Source: Octopus vulgaris (Eukaryota). Taken from it: a stretch of 64,000 bases of DNA. A program made the translations under genes and the position numbers. The notes beneath the pieces were generated by a model, which saw only the letters and a list, made by a program, of their open reading frames with translations, did not search any database and had not been told where the DNA came from. The stretch is taken from assembly GCA_951406725.2 (NCBI GenBank), contig OX597823.1, forward strand, positions 9,858,001 to 9,922,000, read 5' to 3'. How positions within the stretch are numbered: position 1 is the first letter of the stretch; each line of letters starts with the position of its first letter. Below are positions 13,155 to 26,257 of the stretch, one piece after another.

Positions 13155-13504
13155 AGGGGATTGAAATGCTATAGATCGATTCTAGGGCCCTAATTATGGG
13201 TGAAAATTCCGTATGACACAGCTAGAAAAAACTGCCGTTCAAACCGAAAGGATCCAATCCTGTTTTTTGTTGTGCTTGTGCGTATGTATAAACTTTTACG
13301 GTGCGTGTGTGTGTGTGGAGGTGGGGTTGTATATATATGCATATATATTTGGCAACGGATGCGAGTGAATTGTAGATGTAACCATTATATTTGAAGCTAT
13401 GTGTAAAGAAATATATATTTGAAGCTATGAAATTGTAAAACTATAAACTGGTCACAGTATTTCTTTTATATTTTTATTTTTATAACTTAGATAACTTAGA
13501 TATG

Positions 13505-13955
13505 TTTCGCCCAAAGATTGGTCCAGGCCATGTCTAACTTAATAGCACCACCTGATAGGATTATTCGAATCCTGTTTAAGTCAAGTTTTGTTCAAGTAGT
13601 GAGTTCTTGTTGGGTGAGTTGTATCCAATTATGGGTGGCTTATCTGGTATTCTTTGAAGGAATCTATCCAGACTCCGTTTAAAGTTGATGGGATCCTTTT
13701 CCTCCTTGATCTCCCTCGGGACAATGTTAAATAGGGCAGGGCATGTTGAGGAAAAGAAATTATGTTGCAGTGTACATATATGTTGTGATCTTGAATTGGG
13801 CAGGGAACGTATGGCCCGTGGTCGCAGTCTTGGATGAACCTTGAAGCTAATGTTAAGGTCGTTTGGGCAAAGTTGGCGGTATATTCTCCACATCGTACAA
13901 ATGATGTACCGCTCACGGCAACGCTGGAGGGAGTAAAGTTTCAAGGCTTTAAGGC
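13505..13955 (-). mobile_element. CR1/L2-clade LINE, 3' fragment of ORF2 plus 3' UTR
   Basis: LKLYSLQRCRERYII...FSSTCPALFNIVP...FKRSLDRFLQRIPDKP..GY is a typical post-RT C-terminus. Confidence 0.8.
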
Positions 13956-14411
13956 ATAATTGGAAGATACCGATTAATAGTTTAGATTTTTAAATTTAAT
14001 TCAATTATAACTGTTCATTTGTTATAGATTAGATGGACCCGGGTTCTAATGCGAGGAATGTCTGTTCAATCTTTATTTAATGTCTAATTTATAATCTATA
14101 TCTTATTAATTTACTTATTGTCAAATAATTCTATTCAGTTTATCTATCTATTTGTATCACCCTAAAAAAAAAATAATGAATATCTTTATATATTTACTAA
14201 TACAAATCTTTATAAGATTTCCTACGTTATTTAAAGTTTTTATAAAACCTATGCTTACATGTTAAAAGTGCTTCTGATTGACAGTTTATTAAATTCTTAT
14301 GTTTATATAATAATATATACAGTGATTCTTTCATACAGAGACGGCAACTATTAGATTTATGCGTGTATGGTTTGGCTGAATCTATTATAGACCATTCCAA
14401 TTTATAGTTAA

Positions 14412-14805
14412 CTAGCAGTATCGCCCGGCGTTGCTCGCGTTTGTAAGGGAAATAACTATATAAGCATTTTTAGAGATGTAAAGTATAATAGCCATCTCAA
14501 TATGGCTAACCACAAAGGAGGGGGTGATACTGTGGATTTTTACGTTCTGAGATTTAATAAATTTTTAGAGAGTTACTTCCTTTATATATGCCATAAATGC
14601 ATTAAAAATGGGAAAAATTAATGGTAAATTATTTTTAAAATCGTAGACTCACCGTAGACGCGCGCTAATACCCAGAAGGCCTCGATATGAATCACGACTA
14701 TAAGATACCCGGTTTTGGTTAAACTGCGCCGCAAAATGTGGGTGTAGTTAGGAATCTAAATCGTAGGAGACAGACAGCACACAACCTCACTTTTATATAT
14801 AAAGA
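14412..14805 (-). mobile_element. non-autonomous Helitron
   Basis: The minus strand starts TC(tttatatataaaag) and ends CTAG after a subterminal GC-rich imperfect hairpin (cgcgagcaacgccgggcg). It sits between host A and T with no TSD. Confidence 0.85.
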
Positions 14806-15136
14806 TATTGTTTTTCTTTATGTTTATGTATATATGTAGCTAATGAAGTCGTACTAGCGGCTGTATTTGGCATAAATGAGTGTATATGCGCTAAAAATCT
14901 TTTCTTAAAATTAACGGAACTACTTATATATACCTTACTTCGTGAATTATTAACTGTTGTAACTCTGCATTTGTATATTACATTAAACCTTCTACAATTG
15001 CCTTTTAAAGGACATATTTCTTTTATTTTTACATGAGCAATTCTTATATTTATTATTGTATTTATGTTCAGCTGTGTTGTTTCTGCTATTGTTATGGTTA
15101 TTTTCAGTGTGTGTTATTATTGTTGAATTCATTGTA

Positions 15137-16426
15137 CGAGGGGCGTTCAATAAGTAATGCCCCTGACCTACTTCCCATAGCAGTAGAGCAATGAAATTTG
15201 GCACAGTTATTAGTCTTTTTCTACATAGGAACCACCCAGAGTTACGCATTTCTCCCATCGTTTGATGCAGCTTTGAAGACCGTTTTTGTAGAAGACCCCA
15301 GCTTGGTCCTCCAACCACGACGTGACTTCAGAAATCAAGGCTGCATCATCTAGGAAACGCTTTCCTTTCAAAAACAACTTCATGGCTGGGAAGAGGTGAA
15401 AATCAGAGGGTGCAAGGTCAGGAGAGTAGGGGGGATGGGGAGGAGTTCATAGCCGCATGCCTGTGCTTCTGATCTGGTGACACGTGAGTTGTGAACCGGA
15501 GCGTTGTCCTGCAGCAGGAGGATGCCTTTGTTGATCTTGCCTCGCCTCTTGATTTTGATAGCTTCTCTTAATTTCCTCAAAAGTGAAGCATAATAGGCTC
15601 CTGTAATTGTGGTACCCTTTGCCAGGAAATCTGTCATCACTTCTCCGTCCTGGTCCCAGAAGACTGTGAGCATGACCCTACCAGCGGAGGGCTGCACCCT
15701 TCCCTTCTTTGGAGGTGGTGAGTCACGGTGCTTCCACTGCATTGACTGGGCTTTGGTCTCTGGATCATAGGGATGGACCCAGGTTTCATCCTGTGTAATC
15801 AGATTTTTGAAAAATTTTGACTCATCTTCTTGGCACATCTCCAAATTCATCTTCGAGCACTCGACGCGTTCTTGCTTCTGGAAAGGTGTGAGCAACCTGG
15901 GAATCCATTTGGCAGACACCTTTTGCATGTGCAGATGGTCATGAATGATAGTTTCCACAGACCCTGTATTAATCGTGACCTCATGGGCTATTTGGCGAAT
16001 AATTATGCGTCGATCTTCCAAAATGGCAGCCTCAACTTGACGGACAGATGCCTCATCAATGGCAGAAGGGGGTGACCAGATCTGGGAGCTGTTTCCAAAG
16101 AGTTCCGACCATGTTTGAATTCACTATGCCAGGGTTTTACAAGGTCATATGATGGGGCATCATCACCATAAGTTACTTTCATTTCATCAAAAGTCTTCCG
16201 TGGTGTGCGTCCTTTCAAATACAAAAACCGGATCACTGCTCTCCACTCAATAGGCTCCATTTTACACTTGACTCAGTTCAAACACCTGTAAATCAGAAAC
16301 CACAATTATTTCAAAGCTGTAATTTGCCACTTAATTTATAGAGATATAAATAATTGCACATGCAAATTTCAGCTAGATCAAACAATTGCAAGTAGTTTAG
16401 AGGCATTACTTATTGAACGTCCCTCG
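15137..16426 (-). mobile_element. Tc1/mariner DNA transposon, full-length copy 2 (1290 bp), same family as 1461-2731
   Basis: Same TIRs, with TA at 15135-15136 and 16427-16428. The transposase is split into ORFs 16003-16260 and 15380-16021 by the same frameshifts as copy 1. Confidence 0.96.
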
Positions 16427-16470
16427 TATTATTATTTGTTGTAGAATTAGATATATTCATTGCTTTTAAA

Positions 16471-16482
16471 TTATTATTATTA

Positions 16483-16517
<35 letters not shown>

Positions 16518-16528
16518 GTTATTATAAA

Positions 16529-16619
<91 letters not shown>

Positions 16620-16635
16620 ATTATTATTATTATTA

Positions 16636-16667
<32 letters not shown>

Positions 16668-16718
16668 CATTATTATTATTGTTATTATTAATATTATTAT
16701 TATTATTGTTATTATTAA

Positions 16719-16760
<42 letters not shown>

Positions 16761-16777
16761 CATTATTATTATTATTA

Positions 16778-16818
<41 letters not shown>

Positions 16819-16822
16819 GTTA
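16471..16822. repeat. long (ATT)n microsatellite
   Basis: About 350 bp of imperfect ATT repeat. Confidence 0.97.
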
Positions 16823-17323
16823 TCTTGTGGTGTATTAGCTAAGGCATTTTGTATATATTCACTTGCATTGTATTTCGAATTTTGCTTAGGTTTTTTTTAT
16901 ATTAATATTATTATTATGTTTATGAATTCCCGTATTATGAGTATTACATATACTCATATTATTTGTTCTTGTCTTATCATTATTATTATTATTATTATTT
17001 TTATCACCATTACCATCACTATTATTACTTTTACTTCTGACACATGTTTCGAAGATTTCACTGATACTATTCTACAGGAATAAATGGTGTAAAACAGTGT
17101 AAACTCCTCTTCACAGAAGTGAACAAAATGAAACTCGTCAATAAGACATTTTAATAGAAAATGTAAACCCGAAGTTTCTACCTTCGTACTTTTAAAAACA
17201 AGGAGTTACAACCTCTATACTTGTGTGATATTTTGCTACCAGGATAACTATTTATCTATTTTTCCGTGTTAATTGTTAAGAAGGGAAAATACATTCATCT
17301 ATTTATGTATATGTATAAATATA

Positions 17324-17419
<96 letters not shown>

Positions 17420-17421
<2 letters not shown>

Positions 17422-17600
17422 GCCAATCCAAACATGAACAAGCGAGAACAAACAACAACGCGATGACGTGGTAGAAGAACTGTATTATTGGACGTTCAGG
17501 AAAGGAAAGAAAAGAAAGAGGGTTTCACGCTTCGAGCGGAGCTCTTCATCAGAAATATAGAAAAGGTCCAAAGAATGGAAGACGGAGAAAGAAAATCGCC

Positions 17601-17603
<3 letters not shown>
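17420..17603 (-). mobile_element. PLE-like terminal fragment (family C) in (TA)n, hammerhead motif 17523-17555
   Basis: Minus UUU CUGAUGA A GAGC-UCC-GCUC GAA GCGU G AAA (A15 and H17 mutated). Homologous to 33050-33252. Confidence 0.75.
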
Positions 17604-17638
<35 letters not shown>

Positions 17639-17639
17639 T

Positions 17640-17765
17640 TGTGTGTACGTCTATGTTTGTCCCCACCACCATTGGCTTACAAAGAATAAGTCCTGGGCTC
17701 GATTTGTTCGACTAAAAGCGGTGCTCTAGTATGGCCGCAGTCAAATGACTGAAACAAGTAAAATG
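17640..17765 (+). mobile_element. SINE family A, internally deleted 3' half
   Basis: ggcttacaaagaataagtcctggg...gcagtcaaatgactgaaacaagtaaaa. Confidence 0.85.
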
Positions 17766-18889
17766 ATACTTAAGTAAACGTATGAAATATGCATCGGTGA
17801 TTACCAATCTCATATTACTCAAGAAACAGTTTGGAAGCATTGTTTTGAACCTGTGTAAAAATGAAACAATTTATCGTGGTTGACATTGGCTCATAATTTC
17901 TTCTGAGAATAAAGCAAAGCTTGAAATTACTTATAAAAAACACTGCATAAATTTCTATATAATTTTACCAGTTGTTTATGTTTTTATGACATTTTGCGCA
18001 GAGGAATGCCTATGTACAAACCTTCTCTATATGTTAGGCTCTTATATGCAGCTGTGTGTTACATGTACGATTTTGTCTGTTTTCTATGCATGAAATTCTG
18101 TATATCAGTACAGAGTGAATATACTCGCAGATGCACAAATAATTCTATAAAGTTTCGAAAGTTTATTACTTACATCCATACATCCACAGACACAAAGGAA
18201 TTAATTTCGCTTCTTCTAAATTCTTTAAAACACCGTGTGTTAATTCCAATCTTCTTATTCGTTATATCTAGTTACTTTTTTTAACGTGAAAGCAGGGTAT
18301 GTTATAACAGAATATGGCGAAAATACACATGGATATTCAAACAACGTAAATATACTAGTACGTGTCTTCACCGAAAATAACATCTTTCTATACGATACTA
18401 AAATCTCACATACATAGGTAAACATACAGGCATGACTAAAACCACGGGCATCCATGCATATTGTATATGCATGTGTGTGTGTGTTTGCGTGTGTGAGTGT
18501 ATGTGCGTTGTGCGTGTGTGCCTGTATTTATCCGTATGTGAGTATCTATGCATATAAACCTCTAGAGATTGAAGACACACATAAACATATTATACAAATG
18601 TTAAAAAGCTTAATTGAAAACATACAATAAAGAAGAACCTAATCTGCTCAGACATATTTAGAAGTGACTACTCTAAGCCACACCTACTCCGATAGACCCA
18701 CGATGGACAATTACATTAAACCTCTTTTAGTAATAATTATCATACACGAATATAACAAAAAGAAAAAGGAAACAACAAAACCAGCATTTGACTATGCTAA
18801 AAGCTGAAGACTAATACACCTATAGTTTTTATTAATACATTAGAGAGGATTGCTGATATTATTGAATAATATATGCCTGTAAAAATGGA

Positions 18890-20450
18890 GTTAACTACAT
18901 CCTGATCGATGAACGGTGCATACTGCAGTTCGTCTAAGTGGTAGTGCCATTCAACATAAGCAGTGATCAGTGCTAGCTGCCAGCGAAGTTAGGGATCAAT
19001 GATATCAGAGAGAAAAAAGCTCTGCACATCTCAATGAAAAATCAACGAGTCTAGGTCTTTGATGTGAAACAGTGGCAGGAAGCTATGAAGTAGGAAATTT
19101 GGAGTCAACTTGAAGAGCTTGATGTGGAATACAATTTGCTGATCCCGAAAATGAAAAGCTGTATATGGAAAGCAAAATCTGAACACCAGCAGGATCCTGA
19201 TGGCAGAAGTTCTTATGAGATGAAGAAAATGTCAAAGAAGCAGAAAATTATGAAGAGGAAGAGGAAAGCTTACCTCCAGGACTCCGATCTCTGCAAAGCG
19301 ATCAGACGAAATTTAAGAAATGTCTTCGAGAGTTATACACTGAAGAAATTGATGTAGCTGCAGAGGAAAAGTAAAGTTTAAAAAGATGCAAGCGAGGGCT
19401 GGCGCTCTATAGGTCGTGGGTGACAGCGTTTAAGAAGAAGGATGGGCACACACGGATAGACAAAGTGGGGGGTGGGGATATCCAAATCCTTCTACACTAA
19501 CCTTTTCATTTCATCAGAGAACCTCAATCTCTTACCGCCACATATATGCAAGAAGTGCAACCTAATCTAATTAGTGAAATAGAAAATGCCCTCAGACTAA
19601 TGAAAACAGACAAAGCTCATGGGAAAGATAGATGGTATTTCAACAGACATGGCGGCGAGCTGGCAGAAACGTTAGCACGCCGGGTGAAATGCGTAGCCGA
19701 ATTTCGTCTGCCGTTACGTTCTGAGTTCAAATTCCGCCGAGGTCGACTTCGTCTTTCATCCTTTCGGGGTCGATAAATTAAGTACCAATTACGCACTGGG
19801 GTCGATATAATCGACTTAATCCGTTTGTCTGTCCTTGTTTGTCCCTTCTGTGTTTATCCCCTTGTAGGTGGTAAAGAAATAGGTATTACAACAGACATGG
19901 TAAGATACACAGGTGAATAGCTTTGGTAAATCCTCTTCCTACGATTTAATCACTATTTGAAAGAATGTAAAATACTCTCAGTATGGAAAGAGTCAAATAC
20001 CATCCTGCTGTATAAGAAGGGTAATAAAGGGGATTGAAATATATTGCTCCAGTGTTGACATCTCTGGAAATGTAAGGTGTCGAGGTGCAATACACTAAAC
20101 CACTCAGACATGCGAACTCTGGATGCACAACAGCTGTAGCTCTTCTGTTACCACCAGTAAAGTTCTCAAAGCTCTTTATACTATGTCCAGAAATAGTCAT
20201 CAAGGACATGGACTGGTCAGATGGCATAAACATCTATGACATTACAGAATACGGAAACCGAAAGTTATACTGGGCTGGACATGTCGCAAGCTTTACAGCC
20301 AACATTTGAGCCCGTGTAGAACGAATATGGGAAGACGATCTAGTGAGGCAATTTGGGGAAAGATGGAAAAGAATGGCGCAATAAATACAGAACTGGAAGC
20401 ACATTATGACCACCGATGTATAACAGCATCTAATGGTCTGTTCCATACGA
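18890..20450 (+). mobile_element. degenerate RTE-clade LINE remnant
   Basis: Fragments read PNLISEIENALRLMKTDKAHGKD (pre-RT), WK.S...LLYKKG and C-terminal KLYWAGHVAS..W..MAQ..WK. Confidence 0.75.
19651..19881 (+). mobile_element. SINE family D (tRNA-like head, Nin-like central box) with TSD
   Basis: ggcggcgagctggcagaa...gagttcaaattcc...ctttcatcctttcggggtcgataaattaagtacca. 19-bp TSD ggtatt(t/a)caacagacatgg at 19634-19652 and 19882-19900. Confidence 0.92.
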
Positions 20451-22384
20451 TGATGCTGTGATACTCTGATGCTATGTTATGCCTGTAAAACGAATAAGTA
20501 TAACAAGGATAACACGCTAAAAACAATAAGGTAAGCTCAAATCTTGCTAGTAATCCTGTCCGCTCCAAAATAGGCGAGATTATAACTAGCGAAAGCAGGC
20601 TTCCATAACTCTGACTTTAAGAAACATCATTCTTGTCATCAAAATAAAGACAACAATAAATTAACACAATATTGAAAATAATAATTCCATGCAATAAGGT
20701 AATAACATATAAAAAGAATTTAATGTTCGTAACAAAAAATAAAACAAACTAATACACAAGAATTCAAATCCTATACACGTATATATCATAATTACAAAAT
20801 CTAATTTGAAAACTTTAAAACTGAATGGGGGTAAACAGAAAACAATAATGACAACCCTCTTTTTAATAACGCAGAAACAAGTTGTAAACTCAAAATTCAC
20901 ACATATATGAAAAGCAGTCAACTTTACGAAATAATTTCCTAAGTTTTAGCACGTGGAACGATTTCAGCATGTTCTCTTAAAGGTAGCTGTTTATTACACT
21001 AAGTGGTCAATAGAAAACAGATACCCGTTATTATATATGATCTAAATGGAAGTCCTTTAAATAACGTAACCTAGATTTAGGAATAAAAAGAGTTACGTAT
21101 GAACAGCTGATTATATTTTTAATATTAATTAAGTGCCAGTTGAGCTCTGGATTCTGTGTAATCGACTTAACTCTTCCCCAATTTTGCTCACTATGTGCCA
21201 ACATTTAAAGCCAATTTTAAATCTTCGTATATAATAAACTACACCGAAAATCTCTACTTAATTTGAAAACTAGCATCTTGACTATACCCAGCTCAAGCGC
21301 TGCATATTTTATTAGATAACAAAGGCTTGCTTAACCTAATTTTTCCTTTGTAAGCATAGATTATTCAATAATGATTGAGTATCCTCTTTCAGGAAACCCA
21401 AACTGTGATACCACAATCACAATCAGAAGCATACGACTCTACGCTATAAATATGAAACTTTTCAAATAACTGTTAAATAACATTACATCATACACAAACT
21501 CAATAAAAATGATACGTTTACTATTTATTCTTCATCATTGTTATATACACATTTATCTCACGAACTACACTAATGTAAGAGTAAATATATGTTATGTCGC
21601 ACGTTCGGACGACCTCTACTCGACTCCTACTCTCACCACTACCCTGACGACGTCTAGACTTCTCCCTCTATATCTACGTATTGAGCTAGCCTACTTCATC
21701 GTCTGGGGGCGTCCACATAACAATATATATATCACTTCCTAAAACCTCAATCAATGACAAAATCTTTTAATTTAATTCGTTAATCGATAACCAACTCAGA
21801 GTTCCTAGTTGGATGTTTACTTCTAAGGCAGTACTTGTGTGTATAATTGTGTTTGTGGAAATACATATGCACTCCGTATATAAATATCTGAAATTATAAG
21901 GTCTTTCTCAAATGTGTATGCTTGAATGTATATGAGTATCTGTTCTGATAAAAATGTATTAACGTATATGAGTGAATGTGTGTGCGTATGTGTGTGAGTG
22001 TGTATCGGTATGAGTCGAATTTTCGCTGACATACCGCCCTCTCTTATTACATCTGCTTTCTAAACCATTTATCACTGTTGTTTTAGAGATCTCTATGAAC
22101 AATGAAAGCTTGGGTAGTTGATTTCTCATGCTCTTAGACATAGAAATTACACAATTCTCCTTTTTCATTGATAAAATAAACTACAAGCCTCCCATGGCTG
22201 TAATTGTTAACAAAATAATTTTCTCTGTAGATTATAAACGGTTGTGCATCCACACATGTTGGTATATTACATTGAATCGAATTGCAATATTTCTATGAAG
22301 ATCTAATTTTTGAACGTATTGTTCAACCATTTATGTAACTTCTATTTATGTCGGAGAAGTCTTTACTGAAACGCGTAATTCTTG

Positions 22385-22441
22385 ATGTATGTATGTATGT
22401 ATGTATGTATGTATGTATGTATGTATGTATGTATGTATGTA

Positions 22442-22472
<31 letters not shown>

Positions 22473-22473
22473 A

Positions 22474-22539
<66 letters not shown>

Positions 22540-22546
22540 TGTGTGT
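22385..22546. repeat. (TATG)n/(TG)n compound microsatellite (one of dozens in the window)
   Basis: Direct reading. Confidence 0.97.
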
Positions 22547-23069
22547 ATACATTGTTGTTGTTATTTTTTAATCCGAAGCAACTTAACACTGTGTCTTCGT
22601 GACCATGTGTTACTGACATCACTCACACCGTGACACTTGATTCATTTCAACCTCATCATCTGCCCCAAATTCTCGATCTTCTCGACCCGCTATTCTTCAT
22701 CCATTCTCCTTCAGAATTTTATGCAAGCAAACAAATCCATCTTGTTTCTTTTCAAAGCTATTAACTAATACATTCAGAGAATATAGTCGGTGAAAAGGCC
22801 TCTAAGCTATTGGCCCGTCGTGATAATGCTTCTGCCAGCCCTCTCTCTCTCTCATTCTCGAAAAATATATCATCAATTATTATCAAGACTACATACTCCA
22901 ATGCAAATGCATGTGCATATGTGTGGATGTAAGTCCTGTATCATGTCTGTGTTAGATTTTTGTCTCACACCACTCCTCGACCTGTGTTCTTTTGCTAATA
23001 TGCTCGCAACAGGCAGATCCACAAAGAGAGCCTGATGCAAAGAAGGCATACTTTAATATGACAGTTATC

Positions 23070-23210
23070 CGCCGACGTCTACTTTGCCGTTCATCATTTA
23101 GGAGTCGATAAATTAAGTACTGGATACGTACTGGGGTCGGTCTAATCTCTGGCCTCCTCCCCCAAAATTTCGGGCCTTGTGTCTGGAGTAGGAAAAAATA
23201 TGACATTTAA
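23070..23210 (+). mobile_element. degenerate SINE with Nin-like box
   Basis: ccgccgacgtctactttgccgttcatcattttaggagtcgataaattaagtactgg resembles the central box of 19735-19790. Confidence 0.6.
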
Positions 23211-24070
23211 AAGGGGATTGATTAGAGCGATTAGGCACTCCAAGGTGTTGTCCCAGTATTGTCACAGGCCAATGACAGAAAATGGATATTTCAAATCAAA
23301 CATACAATATAACTCTTGGTAATACATCTAAAAGTGAAGTAGATAGATGTGCAGACATGCGGTGGGAATCAATTCTTTCTAAATTTTGGCAGAAGGCTAA
23401 CGATTATGAAGGGAGGGATATATTAATTACATTGACTCCGGTGTTCGACTTGTACATATTTTATTGGGCCTCCAACAGACGAAGGACAAAGTGAGCCGAC
23501 GAGCTAACGATTGTGCGAGGTCGTCACCGTATTGAGGGATTCTGAATCAGGGACAATTGCTGCAACAAATTTTGAAAAACTGAAAATATTGTTAGTACAA
23601 TTCGTAGGATATTTTTGTCTCGGTTCGCGACGGGGAGTACAATTCAAATTGATCAGATTCGCTTTCAATGTTGCCAGAGCTATCAACCAAACCAAACCAA
23701 ACCATTAACAGAATAATTTCACAACTGAAAATAGTTCTGAACACATTTTACATTTTTCCTGTCTGAATGTATCTGTTCATATAAAAGAAAATAACATAAT
23801 GTTTTGTCGAATTAAATATATGAAATCCGTTCTGTACAATATCTTTTCCGTATAGTACACAAATTCATAGACGAAAATGCGGTCATTAAATGGTGTATGA
23901 TTAAATAGTAACAAATATACATAAAAGCACGCATTCATGTACACCTGTTATACTTAACCATTTTTTACAAAATTATATACATGTGTATGCATACATACAC
24001 GCACACTCTTATATGTATGTGTGTATGCATGTGTATAAATGTGTGTATGTATGTATGTAAATATATATAC

Positions 24071-24232
<162 letters not shown>

Positions 24233-24642
24233 CACACACACATATATATATGCGGAGAGACTGTGTGTGTGTGCTTCAGTCTTGTAAAGTATGATATACA
24301 ATCAGAATATCAAACTAAAATGTCGTGAATCAATACCGGGGCGGATTCCATGACACACATCCATTACAGTCGGAAATACTCAAAATACCGCTAAATGACT
24401 AGACAAAACTAGACGCATTCATGCATTGATTCATTATAGCCAGAAACGAAAGTAAGCAAAAGCCACATATATGATCAAATAATACCGTTTTTCTTTTCTC
24501 CACTGTGTCACGAGGAACAAGAAAAGGGACACAGTCTTTTACATATATTGATGCAATTAGTAATAATAATGTACGAGTTGCACATACACACGAATACATT
24601 CATACATTATATAAACGGTTAATGTGTGTGTGTGTGTATGTA

Positions 24643-24685
<43 letters not shown>

Positions 24686-24686
24686 A

Positions 24687-24794
<108 letters not shown>

Positions 24795-24924
24795 AATTAT
24801 TATTATTATTATATATATATATAATAATAATAATTATTATTATTATTGATATTATTTGAGGGAATATTATTCCTAACTTACAGGGAAAAATTCAATTTAG
24901 AAATACTAAATCAAATTTCACAAA

Positions 24925-24959
<35 letters not shown>

Positions 24960-25044
24960 TAGAAAAAAACACCTTTTATCAATTCAAATTGAACAATTAA
25001 ATTACACCATCTAGAAAAATTACATATAATAGAAATATTAAAAT

Positions 25045-25172
25045 TAAAATAACGACAATATACCTTTAATTAAGTAAATTGCAAAATAATAATAATAAAT
25101 AAAAAATATATACCAAATATATACGTTTTTATTATTATTTTGCAATTTACTTAATCATCGGTATATTATTGT

Positions 25173-25179
<7 letters not shown>
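25045..25179. repeat. ~50-bp imperfect inverted repeat in an AT-rich repeat fragment
   Basis: ttaagtaaattgcaaaataataata / tattattattttgcaatttacttaa. The upstream 24850-24915 resembles 41100-41165. Confidence 0.7.
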
Positions 25180-25236
<57 letters not shown>

Positions 25237-25374
25237 GAAGAAATAAAGAAAGAGAGAGCGAAAGAGAGAGACTTGACCGTGTTGGCTTCGACAAGCATTC
25301 ATAGTATAATGTGTCGAGCTATAATTGAAGAGCTATATATATATATATATATATATGTGTATATATATATATAT

Positions 25375-25423
<49 letters not shown>

Positions 25424-25424
25424 A

Positions 25425-25477
<53 letters not shown>

Positions 25478-26167
25478 GCAATAAAGTATAAGCAATAACG
25501 TACGAGCAATACTTGGTTCATTCTCACTCATCTGGGAGCCATTTATATCTGATGATCTTCAAAAGGACCTCCTTCGTACCAATTTGAAATTAGTGTTATT
25601 GTAAGGCTCCTGTGTTGGAACCCTTAAAAGTTTGACGGCTGTTATGCTTGCATGTTATGAGAGTATCGGATATATCTCATACGCTAACGAATGCCATTAG
25701 AAAGAGACAAATATGATTTGGTGGACTCTGAGTAGAACTCAACCAAATTTTTAGTGATATGCTTCTATAGATGCGCCCACGTGGTTAAATACGGGTTGGT
25801 CATTTATTTCTGTACGGATATGGAATGTTGTACAGATGACCCCCGGAATGGGGTTGGGACGCTTATGGAGAGTGGGATCGAGTCAGACGAATCCGAGAAA
25901 TCTGGATCAGATGAGAATAATAATGGCAATAGCTTACAATATATTAGTTACAAGAGATTGCATACAACGGGTTTGTTCTATCTACGAACATTTCTGGCAT
26001 TACCTTGTGAGTAGCTAAGATGGAAACAGTTTCAAACAATTTCGAATTTTTTTTAATCTCTGGTAGTATTCCTTGCAAACGTTCTGATAAAGCTAATAAA
26101 CAAGTCCGTTGTGTGTGTGCACGTGTGTATGTGTAAAACTATACACATGGGTGCGAGCAACCCGCCC

Positions 26168-26257
<90 letters not shown>

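Larger units (their letters stand above)
12644..13375 (-). mobile_element. PLE-like terminal element (family B) with hammerhead and an inverted partial duplicate (12939-13014 vs ~13293-13368)
   Basis: 12644-13014 is a direct homolog of 50043-50446 and lies next to (TA)n. The inverted segment is typical of PLE insertions. Confidence 0.7.

Noticed and set aside
23504-23708. Possible minus-strand exon (ctaac..ttttcag acceptor-like)
   Set aside because: No convincing donor site, no recognisable peptide and no partner exons.
25754-26014. Acidic 86-aa ORF (ESGIESDESEKSGSDE)
   Set aside because: Short, with no domain or clear exon boundaries; cannot be supported.
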